This document shows positions 34,192-43,020 of a DNA stretch of 64,000 bases, in pieces (the stretch's first letter is position 1; every line of letters begins with the position of its first letter). The translations under genes were made by a program, and so were the position numbers. The stretch comes from Deltaproteobacteria bacterium (GTDB lineage: Bacteria > Desulfobacterota > Binatia > Bin18), in the NCBI GenBank assembly GCA_016197285.1, contig JACPWD010000022.1, forward strand, positions 182,502 through 246,501, given 5' to 3'. The notes under the pieces are model-generated. The model did no database searches and was not told where the DNA came from. It saw nothing but the letters and a program-made list of their open reading frames with translations.

Positions 34192-35013
34192 GCGGATCAA
34201 GGCTACGCACGCCCGGAAATGCTCGTCACCACCGACTGGCTGGCAGCGCATCTTCAGGACGGAAACATTCGTATCGTCGATTGCGACAACCGCGACGCCT
34301 ATCGTCGCGCCCACATTCCGGGCGCGGTAACGTTTCGCGGTCATCAGTATCTCAAAGAAAAAGAAGGTGCCGTCCACATCATGGGTCCCGAGCAATTCGC
34401 CGAGGCCATGGGGGCGATGGGCATCGGCGACGACACGCTAGTGATTGCGTACGACAGTTTCAGCGGTCTCTATGCGACGCGCTTCTGGTGGGCGCTCAAT
34501 TACTACGGCCATACCCAGGTCAAAGTCGTGAATGGCGGGTGGGACAAATGGCTGGCGGAAGGACGCCAGGTCGTTATGGCGGAGCCGCGCCCACCGAAAG
34601 CGACCTTCACCGCACGGGTGCACGAGGAACTCATCGCCCGCTGGGATTATGTGAAAGATTCCATCACCACGCCTGGCCGAGTCCTACTCGATGTCCGTTC
34701 CGACGGCGAATGGACCGGCGAGAACGCGCGCGGCACCAAACGTGGCGGACGCATTCCCAGCGCCGTCCATCTGGAGTGGCTCAACTACGTCGATAGCAAA
34801 ACCAAAGAGTTCAAACCCGCCGCCGAGCTGCGGGCGATGTTCGAGGCGATAGGGGTCAAGCCAGAGAGCGAAGTCGTCACTTATTGACAAGGCGGCATCC
34901 GTGCGGCGCACGGATTATTCACGCTCCGCCTGCTCGGCTTCGACCGCGTCCGCAACTACGACGCCTCCTGGGGAGAATGGGGCAACCGCGAAGACTTACC
35001 GTTGGAGAAGTAA
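34192..35013 (+). CDS. Rhodanese-domain sulfurtransferase with in-frame UGA at the catalytic position (putative selenocysteine-containing rhodanese)
   Basis: Two rhodanese domains. GGAGG RBS before ATG 34192. The ORF stops at TGA 34885-34887 exactly where the active-site Cys belongs ([12 protein letters not shown]). The same frame continues 42 codons with the rhodanese C-terminal signature [17 protein letters not shown] to TAA 35011-35013. Confidence 0.7.
34888..34930 (+). promoter_or_regulatory. Candidate bacterial SECIS stem-loop downstream of the rhodanese UGA
   Basis: Perfect 7-bp stem ATCCGTG/CACGGAT with 5-nt loop CGGCG begins 10 nt after the UGA; flanking GGCGGC/CCGCC could extend the helix. 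Confidence 0.5.
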
Positions 35014-35075
35014 CCACTCCGTCGAGGCGAACAGCACTTCGTCTCGACGGCTCAGGACCAAAAGGAATGAGGGTT

Positions 35076-35267
35076 ATGGCACGAAGAACCGTCACCGCCC
35101 GGGTTGAAGAAAAACAATTGCAACAAGCGCGTCGATATCTGAAAACTCGAACTCCGTCCGAGACGATGAAAGCAGCGCTGGACTTTGTGACGGAAAAGGC
35201 CGCGCATGAACGGGTGGTGCGGAGATATAGCGGAGTAGGCCAACCCGATGCCTTCCAAGACAGTTGA
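35076..35267 (+). CDS. vapB: VapB-like antitoxin (type II TA)
   Basis: 63 aa, MARRTVTARVEEKQLQQARRYLKTRTPSETMKAALDFV...; overlaps the PIN toxin start by 20 nt; AAAGGA upstream. Confidence 0.65.
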   Translation: MARRTVTARVEEKQLQQARRYLKTRTPSETMKAALDFVTEKAAHERVVRRYSGVGQPDAFQDS

Positions 35268-35670
35268 GTTCGCTGTCCTCGACACTTCGGTGTACATTGA
35301 GAACTTCCGCACCGGGCGTTTCACCCAGCGCATTATGGAAAGTTCGTTCCTCTTTCGCGGAGTCTCCGTTGTGGTTCATGAACTGCTCAGAGGGGCGAGG
35401 AGACCAGAAGAACGGGACTTCGCCCTTGAACTGGCAACAAATCTGCGGATGTACACACCAACAGAACGCATCTGGTTGGATAGCGGAACCATCGTTGCCC
35501 ATCTAGCAGCAGCAAAGGGGTATGAACGACGGAAGATTCAAGAAATTTCTTTTGATGTGTTAATCGCTTTAACAGCTCGCTCTATTGGAGCAACAGTGAT
35601 TACCACCAACCGGCAAGATTTCGAGGATATTCAGCGCTATCGTCAGTTTCATTTCCTTTGCTGGGAGTAA
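35248..35670 (+). CDS. vapC: PIN-domain toxin VapC
   Basis: 140 aa; N-terminal AVLDTSVYIE with conserved Asp, PIN fold acidic residues downstream. Confidence 0.75.
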   Translation: MPSKTVEFAVLDTSVYIENFRTGRFTQRIMESSFLFRGVSVVVHELLRGARRPEERDFALELATNLRMYTPTERIWLDSGTIVAHLAAAKGYERRKIQEISFDVLIALTARSIGATVITTNRQDFEDIQRYRQFHFLCWE

Positions 35671-35689
35671 GTGCGTCTCATAAACCTTA

Positions 35690-35770
35690 CGCTTTCCTCC
35701 TTTTCATCTCTTCCCTTTTCCCCCCTTCGCCTTTTCCCCTTTTCGCCCGTATTCATCCTTCCCGCCAACC
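35690..35770. repeat. CT-rich low-complexity repeat (related copy at ~45055..45200)
   Basis: TTTTCATCTCTTCCCTTTTCCCCCCTTCGCCTTTTCCCCTTTTCGCCCGTATTCATCCTTCC shares the CTTTTCGCCC and TTCATCCTTC blocks with the 45055..45200 tract. Confidence 0.5.
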
Positions 35771-35854
35771 CTTTACACCGTCTCGGGTTTTCCGGTACCA
35801 TCGCGGCTTGGAATCACGCATGGCCAATCCCCTCCAAACCCGCAACTACAAAGC

Positions 35855-37831
35855 TTGATCGCAGGTGCCGCTGCCATTAGCGCCGGGGTGATCGCACCTT
35901 GCTATTTGCAGCCGGAGTGGATGGCTGCCGCTGGCGCGGCGAGTGCTGTTGGCGGCATCGGCGGCAATCTCGTGTCGCAGTTTCTCGCCCGGTTCTTTAG
36001 CCGCCAGGAAACTGACCCCCGACGCCCGGACCTCAACCACGACCTGCTCAAGCTGGTCAGCAACGCCGTGGTGCGTGAGGTCGCCGCCTGCGAACGGGAA
36101 GAAGGACCGACCCTGTCTTCGGCGGAGCACGCCTGTCTGCTGGTGTTCGGAGACAACGTCGGCGCGGCCTTCGAACAACTCGCGCACAGCGGCCAGTTCC
36201 CTAACCTCGCCCCGCTGGACGTGAAAGACGTGAAACAGTTACTCGCAGACTCGGCCCGTAGCGAATCGTTGCCGCGGGTGGGCACAGTGGACGAGTGGCG
36301 GCAAATCGTGAGCCAGCTCAACCTGGACAGTAAGGCTGGACTCGAAGGTTCAACCGAGACCTTACTTGCGCAGCGCCTGCATGCGCGGTTGTGGGACGCC
36401 ATCCACAGCGAGTTGAAGCAAGACTTTGCTGGCGAAGGCCGCGCCTACGCCGCTTTGCACCTGAGCTTCATGGGCGAGGTGCTGGCCACGCTGAACACGT
36501 TGGTGCGACTGCCGCACGAACAAACCCAGCTTACGCAAGAATTGCTGAACGAATTACAGGCGCACAAAACCCGCGCAGCCGACCCGAAAGTCCACGACCT
36601 GCTGACCTTACTGACGCAAGATGAAGCCCAGCGCGCCGCAGAATTTCGTCAGCGATTCGATCATCTTGATACCCAATGGGGGCTCGCGCTCGAAAAACTG
36701 ACGAAGATTGAGGTCACGGTCACACAGATCGACACCAAGCTTGACAACCTTGCTGACATACTGTTCTCTCGCCTGTCGGAGAAAGACCAAGAGATCGGCG
36801 CACTCAAAGCCCAACTCCAAGCCACCTTGCAGCGCGCCGCGCAAGCCCAAGGCAAAGGCGACACCGCCGCTGGCAATGCTTTGGAGCAAATCCGCAAAGA
36901 CGGCGACCCGAAAAAGTTGGGCGAGTTCTTGGATCGGCAATTAGACGTAGAACAGCCTCGGCTAGCGGAACAACAGACCAACGTGATCCAGCTTTTACGC
37001 GAACGCGCGGCGGTGGCCTACGTCACCGGTGAGATCGCTCGCGCCGAGCAGTGCCTGCAACAGATTCTTTCCTTGCTGCCCGAGGACCTCGACGCTATTA
37101 ACCGGCTCGGCCAGGTCTACAAACTGCACGGCGACCTCGACGCGGCAGAGCGTCAGTACCGCCGGGTGCTCGATCTGGCACCAAGACATGCAAGAACCAT
37201 CGGCAACTTAGGACTAATTGCCGAGACTCGGGGACAGCTCAACGAGGCCAAGCACCTACACAAAGAAGCGTTGGTGATCGACCAGCAACTTGGGAACTTA
37301 GAAGGCCAAGCCAGGCATTTGGGCAACCTGGGGCTCATTGCCCGAACCCGGGGGCAGCTCGACGAGGCTGAACGCTTGCACCGCGAATCCTTAGCCATCT
37401 TCCAGCAGTTGGGTCACTTAGAGTACCAAGCCAATCAGTTAGGCAACCTGGGGCTCATTGCCCGAACCCGGGGGCAGCTCGACGAGGCTGAACGCTTGCA
37501 CCGCGAGGCCTTAGCCATCGACCAGCAACTTAGGAACTTAGAGGGCCAAGCCAGTGACTTGGGCAACCTGGGAGCGATTGCCTTGACCCGAGGGCAGTTG
37601 GACGAGGCCGAGATCTTGCACCGCGAGGCCTTGGCCATCAACCAACAGTTGGGCCGCTTAAAGGGCCAAGCTAATCAGTTGGGCAACCTGGGGATCATTG
37701 CCAAGCAACGAGGCAATGGCGCGGAGGCGCAGCGGTCATGGACCGAAGCGCGGGATTTGTTTGCACAGGTGGGGATGAAGCCACAACTGGAGCAAGTGCA
37801 GGGGTGGTTGGATGGATTGCCGGGGGAGTGA
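35855..37831 (+). CDS. TPR-repeat protein with ~350-aa N-terminal domain of unknown function
   Basis: 658 aa; C-terminal half has 40-aa TPR-like units (GNLGLIAxTRGQLDEAExLHREALxIxQQLGxLEGQA). Track start is a TTG at 35855. First ATG at 35921. Confidence 0.7.
   Translation: MIAGAAAISAGVIAPCYLQPEWMAAAGAASAVGGIGGNLVSQFLARFFSRQETDPRRPDLNHDLLKLVSNAVVREVAACEREEGPTLSSAEHACLLVFGDNVGAAFEQLAHSGQFPNLAPLDVKDVKQLLADSARSESLPRVGTVDEWRQIVSQLNLDSKAGLEGSTETLLAQRLHARLWDAIHSELKQDFAGEGRAYAALHLSFMGEVLATLNTLVRLPHEQTQLTQELLNELQAHKTRAADPKVHDLLTLLTQDEAQRAAEFRQRFDHLDTQWGLALEKLTKIEVTVTQIDTKLDNLADILFSRLSEKDQEIGALKAQLQATLQRAAQAQGKGDTAAGNALEQIRKDGDPKKLGEFLDRQLDVEQPRLAEQQTNVIQLLRERAAVAYVTGEIARAEQCLQQILSLLPEDLDAINRLGQVYKLHGDLDAAERQYRRVLDLAPRHARTIGNLGLIAETRGQLNEAKHLHKEALVIDQQLGNLEGQARHLGNLGLIARTRGQLDEAERLHRESLAIFQQLGHLEYQANQLGNLGLIARTRGQLDEAERLHREALAIDQQLRNLEGQASDLGNLGAIALTRGQLDEAEILHREALAINQQLGRLKGQANQLGNLGIIAKQRGNGAEAQRSWTEARDLFAQVGMKPQLEQVQGWLDGLPGE
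37198..37720 (+). repeat. Tandem 120-bp repeats (4-5 units) inside the TPR gene
   Basis: Near-identical 120-nt units beginning ~37198, 37318, 37438, 37558, 37678 (e.g. GGCAACCTGGGGCTCATTGCCCGAACCCGGGGGCAGCTCGACGAGGCTGAACGCTTGCACCGCGA twice verbatim). Confidence 0.8.
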
Positions 37832-38362
37832 AGACTCAGGAAGAAAAGGCAAAAATGAGGACGAAAAGAGCAGATCCCATTTGTCGTCCCCCGAGCGGCG
37901 CATCGCGCCTGCATGATGGTAGCCGTGGGTTTCAACCCACGGCGGAGGGAATCCCACAAAGGCAGAGGCAATACGAGATTCCTCACCGTCACTTCGTTCT
38001 GGTTCGGAATGACAACCCCTACAGGCAAACTGACAGACAGTGGGTTTCAACCCACGGCGCATGGATACCACAAGACATCTGCCGCTACATCGTCCGGCCT
38101 TGAAAGACCGGCCTACCGTCGTGCGCCTCGCTGCGGCGCTGGCCAGCCCGCTGCGCGGAAGATCGTAGCCCACGACGTGAGTCGTGGGGAACATGAGGGA
38201 AGGGCAACGGGGAACAGGCAACAGCGAAAAGGATTGACAAAAAGAGCAGGCCCCGTTCGTCATTCCGCCAGCGGCGTGTCGCGCCGGAAACTGCAACGGC
38301 TGTCATCGGCTAGCGCCGGTAATGTGGCGCGCCCCCGCCCATGGTGGCGCACCACGTTTCAC
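37832..38362. repeat. Repeat-fragment-rich noncoding region (two CCGTGGGTTTCAACCCACGG hairpins plus a partial family-1 arm)
   Basis: GTGGGTTTCAACCCACGGCG occurs at ~37924 and ~38039. Partial family-1 arm GAGATTCCTCACCGTCACTTCGTTCTGGTTCGGAATGACAAC lies at 37975..38016. No convincing ORF. Confidence 0.6.
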
Positions 38363-39232
38363 TCAAGACGCAATGCGATCGCTGTGACCGACTAACTCGG
38401 AGGCTGGATCGCCCGACACGCGGGTGTGCTTCATGACCCGTGCTTCGCGATAGTCGAACGGGCGGGCACGGTGCAACACACAGCGGTTGTCCCACACCAC
38501 GACATCACCAGGCTGCCAGGCATGGCTGTACGTTCGCGGTGCCTGACACGCGAACGTGACGAGACTGTCAAGGAGCCTTTCTGACTCCTCAGGCGCAAGA
38601 CCGGGAATGCCATAGGCATGACGACCGATGAAGAGCGACTTGCGTCCCGTCACTGGATGCACCTTCACCAAGGGGCGCAGCGGCGGCTCGCCGGTGTGAA
38701 AGCCGTAACTCGATCCGCGCTCGGCCTTGTGGCCGATGCGGCCCTGCGAATAGTACAGTGAGTGATAGGCTGAGAGCGTAGCGATATGGGCTTTGGTCAC
38801 CTCGTCGAGCGCATCGTAGGCGGCGCGCATGTCTGCCCACTCGGTCTGTCCGCCAGCCGAGGGAACAACGCGCGCCGATAAGACAGAGGCCTTCGCCGCC
38901 AAGGGCATGTAGGAGCTGTCGGTATGCCAGCCCTCGTTGCCACGCATGAGCTGCATGCCGACCTCGTCGTCGTTCATCACTGTGCCGTCTGGGCGCTGAT
39001 TACTGATCGGCACGATCTCACGGTCAGCCACCAGATGTTCGATAGCGCCGAAGCGGCGACCGAAGCCGATCTGCGCGGCCTCGTTGAGATGCTGGCCGGG
39101 AAAGATCAGCACAGCATGGGTATGGAAGGCACGTTCGATATCGGTCCAGACCGCGTCATTGAGTTTGGCGAGGTCGACACCAGTGACGATGGCGCCGAGA
39201 GTGGCTCCAGTCGGAGTAATCGTAAGTGTCAT
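38363..39232 (-). CDS. TauD/TfdA-family Fe(II)/2-oxoglutarate-dependent dioxygenase
   Basis: HTD...H facial-triad pattern (WHTDSSY..., ...HRA). ATG 39232 (MTLTITPTG) is preceded by GGAGGG. Track ORF starts at 39280. Confidence 0.8.
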   Translation of the reverse strand: MTLTITPTGATLGAIVTGVDLAKLNDAVWTDIERAFHTHAVLIFPGQHLNEAAQIGFGRRFGAIEHLVADREIVPISNQRPDGTVMNDDEVGMQLMRGNEGWHTDSSYMPLAAKASVLSARVVPSAGGQTEWADMRAAYDALDEVTKAHIATLSAYHSLYYSQGRIGHKAERGSSYGFHTGEPPLRPLVKVHPVTGRKSLFIGRHAYGIPGLAPEESERLLDSLVTFACQAPRTYSHAWQPGDVVVWDNRCVLHRARPFDYREARVMKHTRVSGDPASELVGHSDRIAS

Positions 39233-39266
39233 GAGTCTCCCTCCTGCGTATATCGCGCAACGCCGA

Positions 39267-40286
39267 TCAGTATCCTTCACCTGTTAAATGGTAGATAACG
39301 ACGCACCGAACCTCAATGCTCCAGCGGGCTGGCGCAGTGGGCGGGGTAGACGCATCGTCGAAGGAACTATGAAAACTAAAAGTGCACGGCGCGTGTGGGT
39401 CGTCACTATCAGGCCGCTGCCCCTTGGACTGCGCAAGGGGGCCAGCCGAATCCCATTGCTTAATGAGGACGGCCTCGTCGCGCGTCATCGCCGGGTAGTA
39501 GTACCACGCGTGTCGCGGGTCCGGTTTGGAAAAATAGTTCTCGCCCACACGGTCGGCATAGTGTAACTCAAACACGCTGAGGTCTGGCGGAGTTACCGTT
39601 TGTGCATCACACAGGGCCAGGGCATGGGTCGCGACCGGCTCCTCCGCAATATTGCGCCACACGTTAATGATGGCGAAGCGACCGTGCGCACTGATCGCCT
39701 GCTCGACCTCCGCCGGGTCGAGCAAAGACGCTCCCGGGGCGATGGCCGAACGCAGCGTATCATTCCCACGCGGCTCTTGTGCCAGGAGTTGCAAACGCTC
39801 AGGGGCGCTGGTGAGAGTGTAATCTCCATGCGCTATACGCGCCGGGCCTTGCACTTCCTGTCCGCCGCGAATGCGTTGCTTGCTGCGTTTCCCGTCCGTA
39901 GACCGGACGTTGTGGTCAAACGCAACCACTGTTGCGGCCCCAGTAACCTCGTGAACCAACTGCTCACATTCGCGGTAGTACTGTTGAATAACGTCTTGGT
40001 GGTCGAGAAAGTCGAGGTCCGGATGCGCCACAGGACGAAAACACAGCTCAAACCCGTTTTTCTCGACCGTGCGACGTTGGTCCCCTTCGAGCAGTCGGGC
40101 GTTACGGACTGTGAGCTGACGCTCGTCGTAGACGACCCCTTCCAGTTCGGAGTCGCTCCCGTCAGCGTTCCGCCGCAGGAGCATCTTGCCGTTTCGATAT
40201 AAGGAACTGGCCACCGAGGAAGCGAGATAATTCAGCCGGCCCACACTAGCTTCACGGTCGGTCGCCTGTGCTGTGGATTGCGTCAT
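39267..40286 (-). CDS. Hypothetical protein, possibly CmcJ/NvfI-like non-heme iron hydroxylase family
   Basis: 339 aa; contains HGD...(H) pattern and general resemblance to CmcJ-like proteins. Assignment is tentative. Confidence 0.4.
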   Translation of the reverse strand: MTQSTAQATDREASVGRLNYLASSVASSLYRNGKMLLRRNADGSDSELEGVVYDERQLTVRNARLLEGDQRRTVEKNGFELCFRPVAHPDLDFLDHQDVIQQYYRECEQLVHEVTGAATVVAFDHNVRSTDGKRSKQRIRGGQEVQGPARIAHGDYTLTSAPERLQLLAQEPRGNDTLRSAIAPGASLLDPAEVEQAISAHGRFAIINVWRNIAEEPVATHALALCDAQTVTPPDLSVFELHYADRVGENYFSKPDPRHAWYYYPAMTRDEAVLIKQWDSAGPLAQSKGQRPDSDDPHAPCTFSFHSSFDDASTPPTAPARWSIEVRCVVIYHLTGEGY

Positions 40287-40367
40287 GTGTGCCTCCTTGT
40301 GTCTAAGTAGAACCGCAAAAAGATTTATGCTCAGCCTTTTTCATCCCAGAGGGACGGTTGATGGCAG

Positions 40368-40387
40368 CCGGGGGTTTTAACCCCCGG
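40368..40387. repeat. Short hairpin repeat CCGGGGGTTTTAACCCCCGG (same family as 37924/38039 hairpins)
   Basis: 7-bp stem and 6-nt loop; shares the CCG(N)GGGTTT(Y)AACCC(N)CGG form with the two hairpins downstream of the TPR gene. Confidence 0.5.
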
Positions 40388-40398
40388 TAGGAAGGCTC

Positions 40399-41268
40399 TT
40401 AGACATGTAACCGATACCCGTCGCCATCGCGCACAAGCTTTCCCGCAGTGGGACCGGCAAAATGCGTCCCAATAATCAGCGTAGGCGTATCCGCATATTC
40501 CGCGAAGACCCGGCGACGGGTAGCGATGGCGGCATTGTTGTCCTCGTCCGCGGAAATGGACAAGGCGGGATCATGAAATTGGATCGGGTGGTGCATGAAA
40601 TCGCCGGTAATCAAGGCTTTCTCGCCTTTGGATTCAATCAGGACCGAGCAGTGACCGGGAGTATGCCCTGGGGTCGGCACGAGGCGGACACCATCACAAA
40701 CTTGTGCCGGTCCTTCCACCGGTTTCGCCAGGCCAGCGTCAAACACCGGCTGGACCGAGTCCGCGAAGGTGCGGCGTTGCATTTGCATGAACGCGTCTTT
40801 GTGGTTTTCGGCAATGGTGCCGTAGAGGGCGACGTCCTTTTTGTCCATCAGATAGGAAGCCTTCGGGAACGTAGGAACCCACTTGCCATCGACCAGTCGT
40901 GTATTCCACCCCACATGATCGAGATGTAAGTGCGTACACAGCACGTAATGAATGCTTTCTGGGGGATAGCCCGCCGCGCTCATGTCTTCCAAGAACGAGG
41001 TGGAGAGGTTGCTCATGATGGAAAAGGGCTCGCGATCGCGCCCATTGCCAATGCAGGTGTCGACGACCAGCTTCGCGCCAGGCGTAGCAACCACCAGGGA
41101 ATGAATGCTCACGCTGAGTTTCCCTTCCGGCGTTACGAAGTGGGGGAATAACCACGGAACTTTTCTGACCACCGCCGGCGTCGCGGCAGGGATCAAGTCG
41201 AATTCCGGGTAGAGAATTTCCGTGATTTTAGTAATCGTTGCGTCGCCGACTTTCCATCTCAGATTCAT
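40399..41268 (-). CDS. MBL-fold metallo-hydrolase
   Basis: HLHLDHVG zinc-binding motif and downstream His/Asp ligands. Start taken at ATG 41268 (MNLRWKVG). Track start 41295. Confidence 0.8.
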   Translation of the reverse strand: MNLRWKVGDATITKITEILYPEFDLIPAATPAVVRKVPWLFPHFVTPEGKLSVSIHSLVVATPGAKLVVDTCIGNGRDREPFSIMSNLSTSFLEDMSAAGYPPESIHYVLCTHLHLDHVGWNTRLVDGKWVPTFPKASYLMDKKDVALYGTIAENHKDAFMQMQRRTFADSVQPVFDAGLAKPVEGPAQVCDGVRLVPTPGHTPGHCSVLIESKGEKALITGDFMHHPIQFHDPALSISADEDNNAAIATRRRVFAEYADTPTLIIGTHFAGPTAGKLVRDGDGYRLHV

Positions 41269-41312
41269 CTGTGCCTCCTCCTTTTTGCGTGACATGCGTT
41301 ACCATATGAGAG

Positions 41313-42641
41313 TCATTTGAAACCCAGCGAGGCCAGCGGGCTACGATCCACGACGGGCGCACGCTTGGTCCCGGCATGCAATGCGACCGAGCCGGGCGTG
41401 CGCTCAAACGGGTCCGGCAGATCGAGCGCGCGCGCGTGCTCCTTAAGTGCCGGCATCACCTCTTCCGCGAATAAGCGCATGCTGGTGCGTCGCTCGTCAT
41501 CACTATGCGGCCCCTGGAGGCTCAGGATGATGAAGATGCCGACGCGCAGCGTGCTCATGATTCCCTTGATTTTGGGGATGACGGTCTGAGGGGTGCCGAC
41601 GATCACCTGCATGTTTTGCTGACCGCGCATCAACGCCGCCTGCAGCTTGCGCCGGACTTCGGTGTAATCGATCTCAGCAGCAGCGCCCTGCATCTGCTCC
41701 CTTATCTTCTCGCCGCTGATCCCGAGCCACGCACTGGTCTGGGTCTTCGCCAAGGTGCGAATGGCGGTTTTCGAGTTGTAGCCCGGCGGCATCATGAATT
41801 CCGCCGCCGAGAACGCGTTCTGCCCACCGCCATAGACGAACCCCGCAGCGGCTTGCTGGGCTTTTTCCTCGGTCTCTCCCAAGGCCGTTGCAACCATATA
41901 GCCGAAATTCTCCGGCCCGGCTTGATAGCCATGCTTGGCTGCTTCGTCCGCGTAGAAGTCCCACAGATCGCATGTGGGCACCAGCGGTGTGCCGAGCCCG
42001 ATATAGGGATAGCGATGCGCGGCGCACCACTCGACAGTCTCGGGGCTAAGCGTCCCAGGAATCCACATAGGCGGATGGGGTTTTTGGTAGGGCAGCGCCC
42101 ACGGATTGACGTGGCGATAATGAAAATGCTTTCCCTCGTAGCGCCACGGTCCGGGGCGCGTCCAGGCCTGGATGATAAAGTCGTGCGCTTCGTTGAACAG
42201 CTCGCGATTGTACGCGGGATTGGCATTATTGAAGAACTGCTCGCTGCCCGCGCCGCGCACCCAGCCGGTGACCAGTCGGCCACGCGAGATCAAATCGATC
42301 TCGGCCAGCTCTTCGGCTAGCCGCAGCGGATGCTTGTTGACCGGCAGCGGATTGCCAATGAGTACCAGACGGGCACGCTTAGTGCGATAAGCCAGAATGG
42401 CCGCCTCGACGTTCATCACCGACCCCATGCAGATCGGGTTGCCGTGATGCTCATTCAGGGCAAGGACATCGAAGCCGAGGTCCTCAGCGTAGCAATATTC
42501 ATCGAGGTAGTAGTGGTAGTCAGCGGCCGCCTTGTCGCGATCGAAATGCTCGTTCGAGACGGCGAAGAACGCGCGGTTTTTCAAAATAAGCTCTTCCGGT
42601 AGCCCGCGATACGGCCGTTCGGTAAAATATCCTACTTGCAT
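41313..42641 (-). CDS. LLM-class flavin-dependent oxidoreductase (luciferase-like monooxygenase)
   Basis: 442 aa; TIM-barrel luciferase-like sequence features. Confidence 0.75.
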   Translation of the reverse strand: MQVGYFTERPYRGLPEELILKNRAFFAVSNEHFDRDKAAADYHYYLDEYCYAEDLGFDVLALNEHHGNPICMGSVMNVEAAILAYRTKRARLVLIGNPLPVNKHPLRLAEELAEIDLISRGRLVTGWVRGAGSEQFFNNANPAYNRELFNEAHDFIIQAWTRPGPWRYEGKHFHYRHVNPWALPYQKPHPPMWIPGTLSPETVEWCAAHRYPYIGLGTPLVPTCDLWDFYADEAAKHGYQAGPENFGYMVATALGETEEKAQQAAAGFVYGGGQNAFSAAEFMMPPGYNSKTAIRTLAKTQTSAWLGISGEKIREQMQGAAAEIDYTEVRRKLQAALMRGQQNMQVIVGTPQTVIPKIKGIMSTLRVGIFIILSLQGPHSDDERRTSMRLFAEEVMPALKEHARALDLPDPFERTPGSVALHAGTKRAPVVDRSPLASLGFK

Positions 42642-42682
42642 CTGGTGGTCCCTCGATTGATGGTGTTCAGCTCGGAGACAAG

Positions 42683-42922
42683 CTAGGGGGAATTCTGACC
42701 GAACTCTGCGGTCAAGCTATTGAGTTCCGCCTGCAGCTTATCAAGCTCCTCTTCCAACTGCCCTTGCAGCGCCCCGTAGGCACTTGGGTGCAGTGTTTCA
42801 CTGCGAGTCAGCAGGTCGTCCAGTTCCTTTTGTTTTCGTTCGAGCTCAACGCGGAGCAGCTCAACCTGGCGGTGAGCTACTGCGTTGTCTCCGCCCACTT
42901 CACGTTCTAGCCTCGCTCCCAT
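42683..42922 (-). CDS. Hypothetical small coiled-coil protein
   Basis: 79 aa from ATG 42922; heptad-rich (LLRVELERKQKELDDLL...LEEELDKLQAELNSL); no homology recognised. Confidence 0.35.
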   Translation of the reverse strand: MGARLEREVGGDNAVAHRQVELLRVELERKQKELDDLLTRSETLHPSAYGALQGQLEEELDKLQAELNSLTAEFGQNSP

Positions 42923-43020
42923 GTTGCTTGTCCTTTCCTGGCGAGCAATCCAGCTGCCAGTACGGTGCATGTTCCCGAGGAAAGGTCCTGCCGGTCTCTT
43001 TCGTCACGCCACCCTCAAGC

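Noticed and set aside
34884-35075. Upstream part of ORF 34884..35267 ([12 protein letters not shown]...)
   Set aside because: Arg/Pro-rich and out of frame with the rhodanese C-terminus it overlaps. Only the last 63 codons (VapB-like, from ATG 35076) look real.
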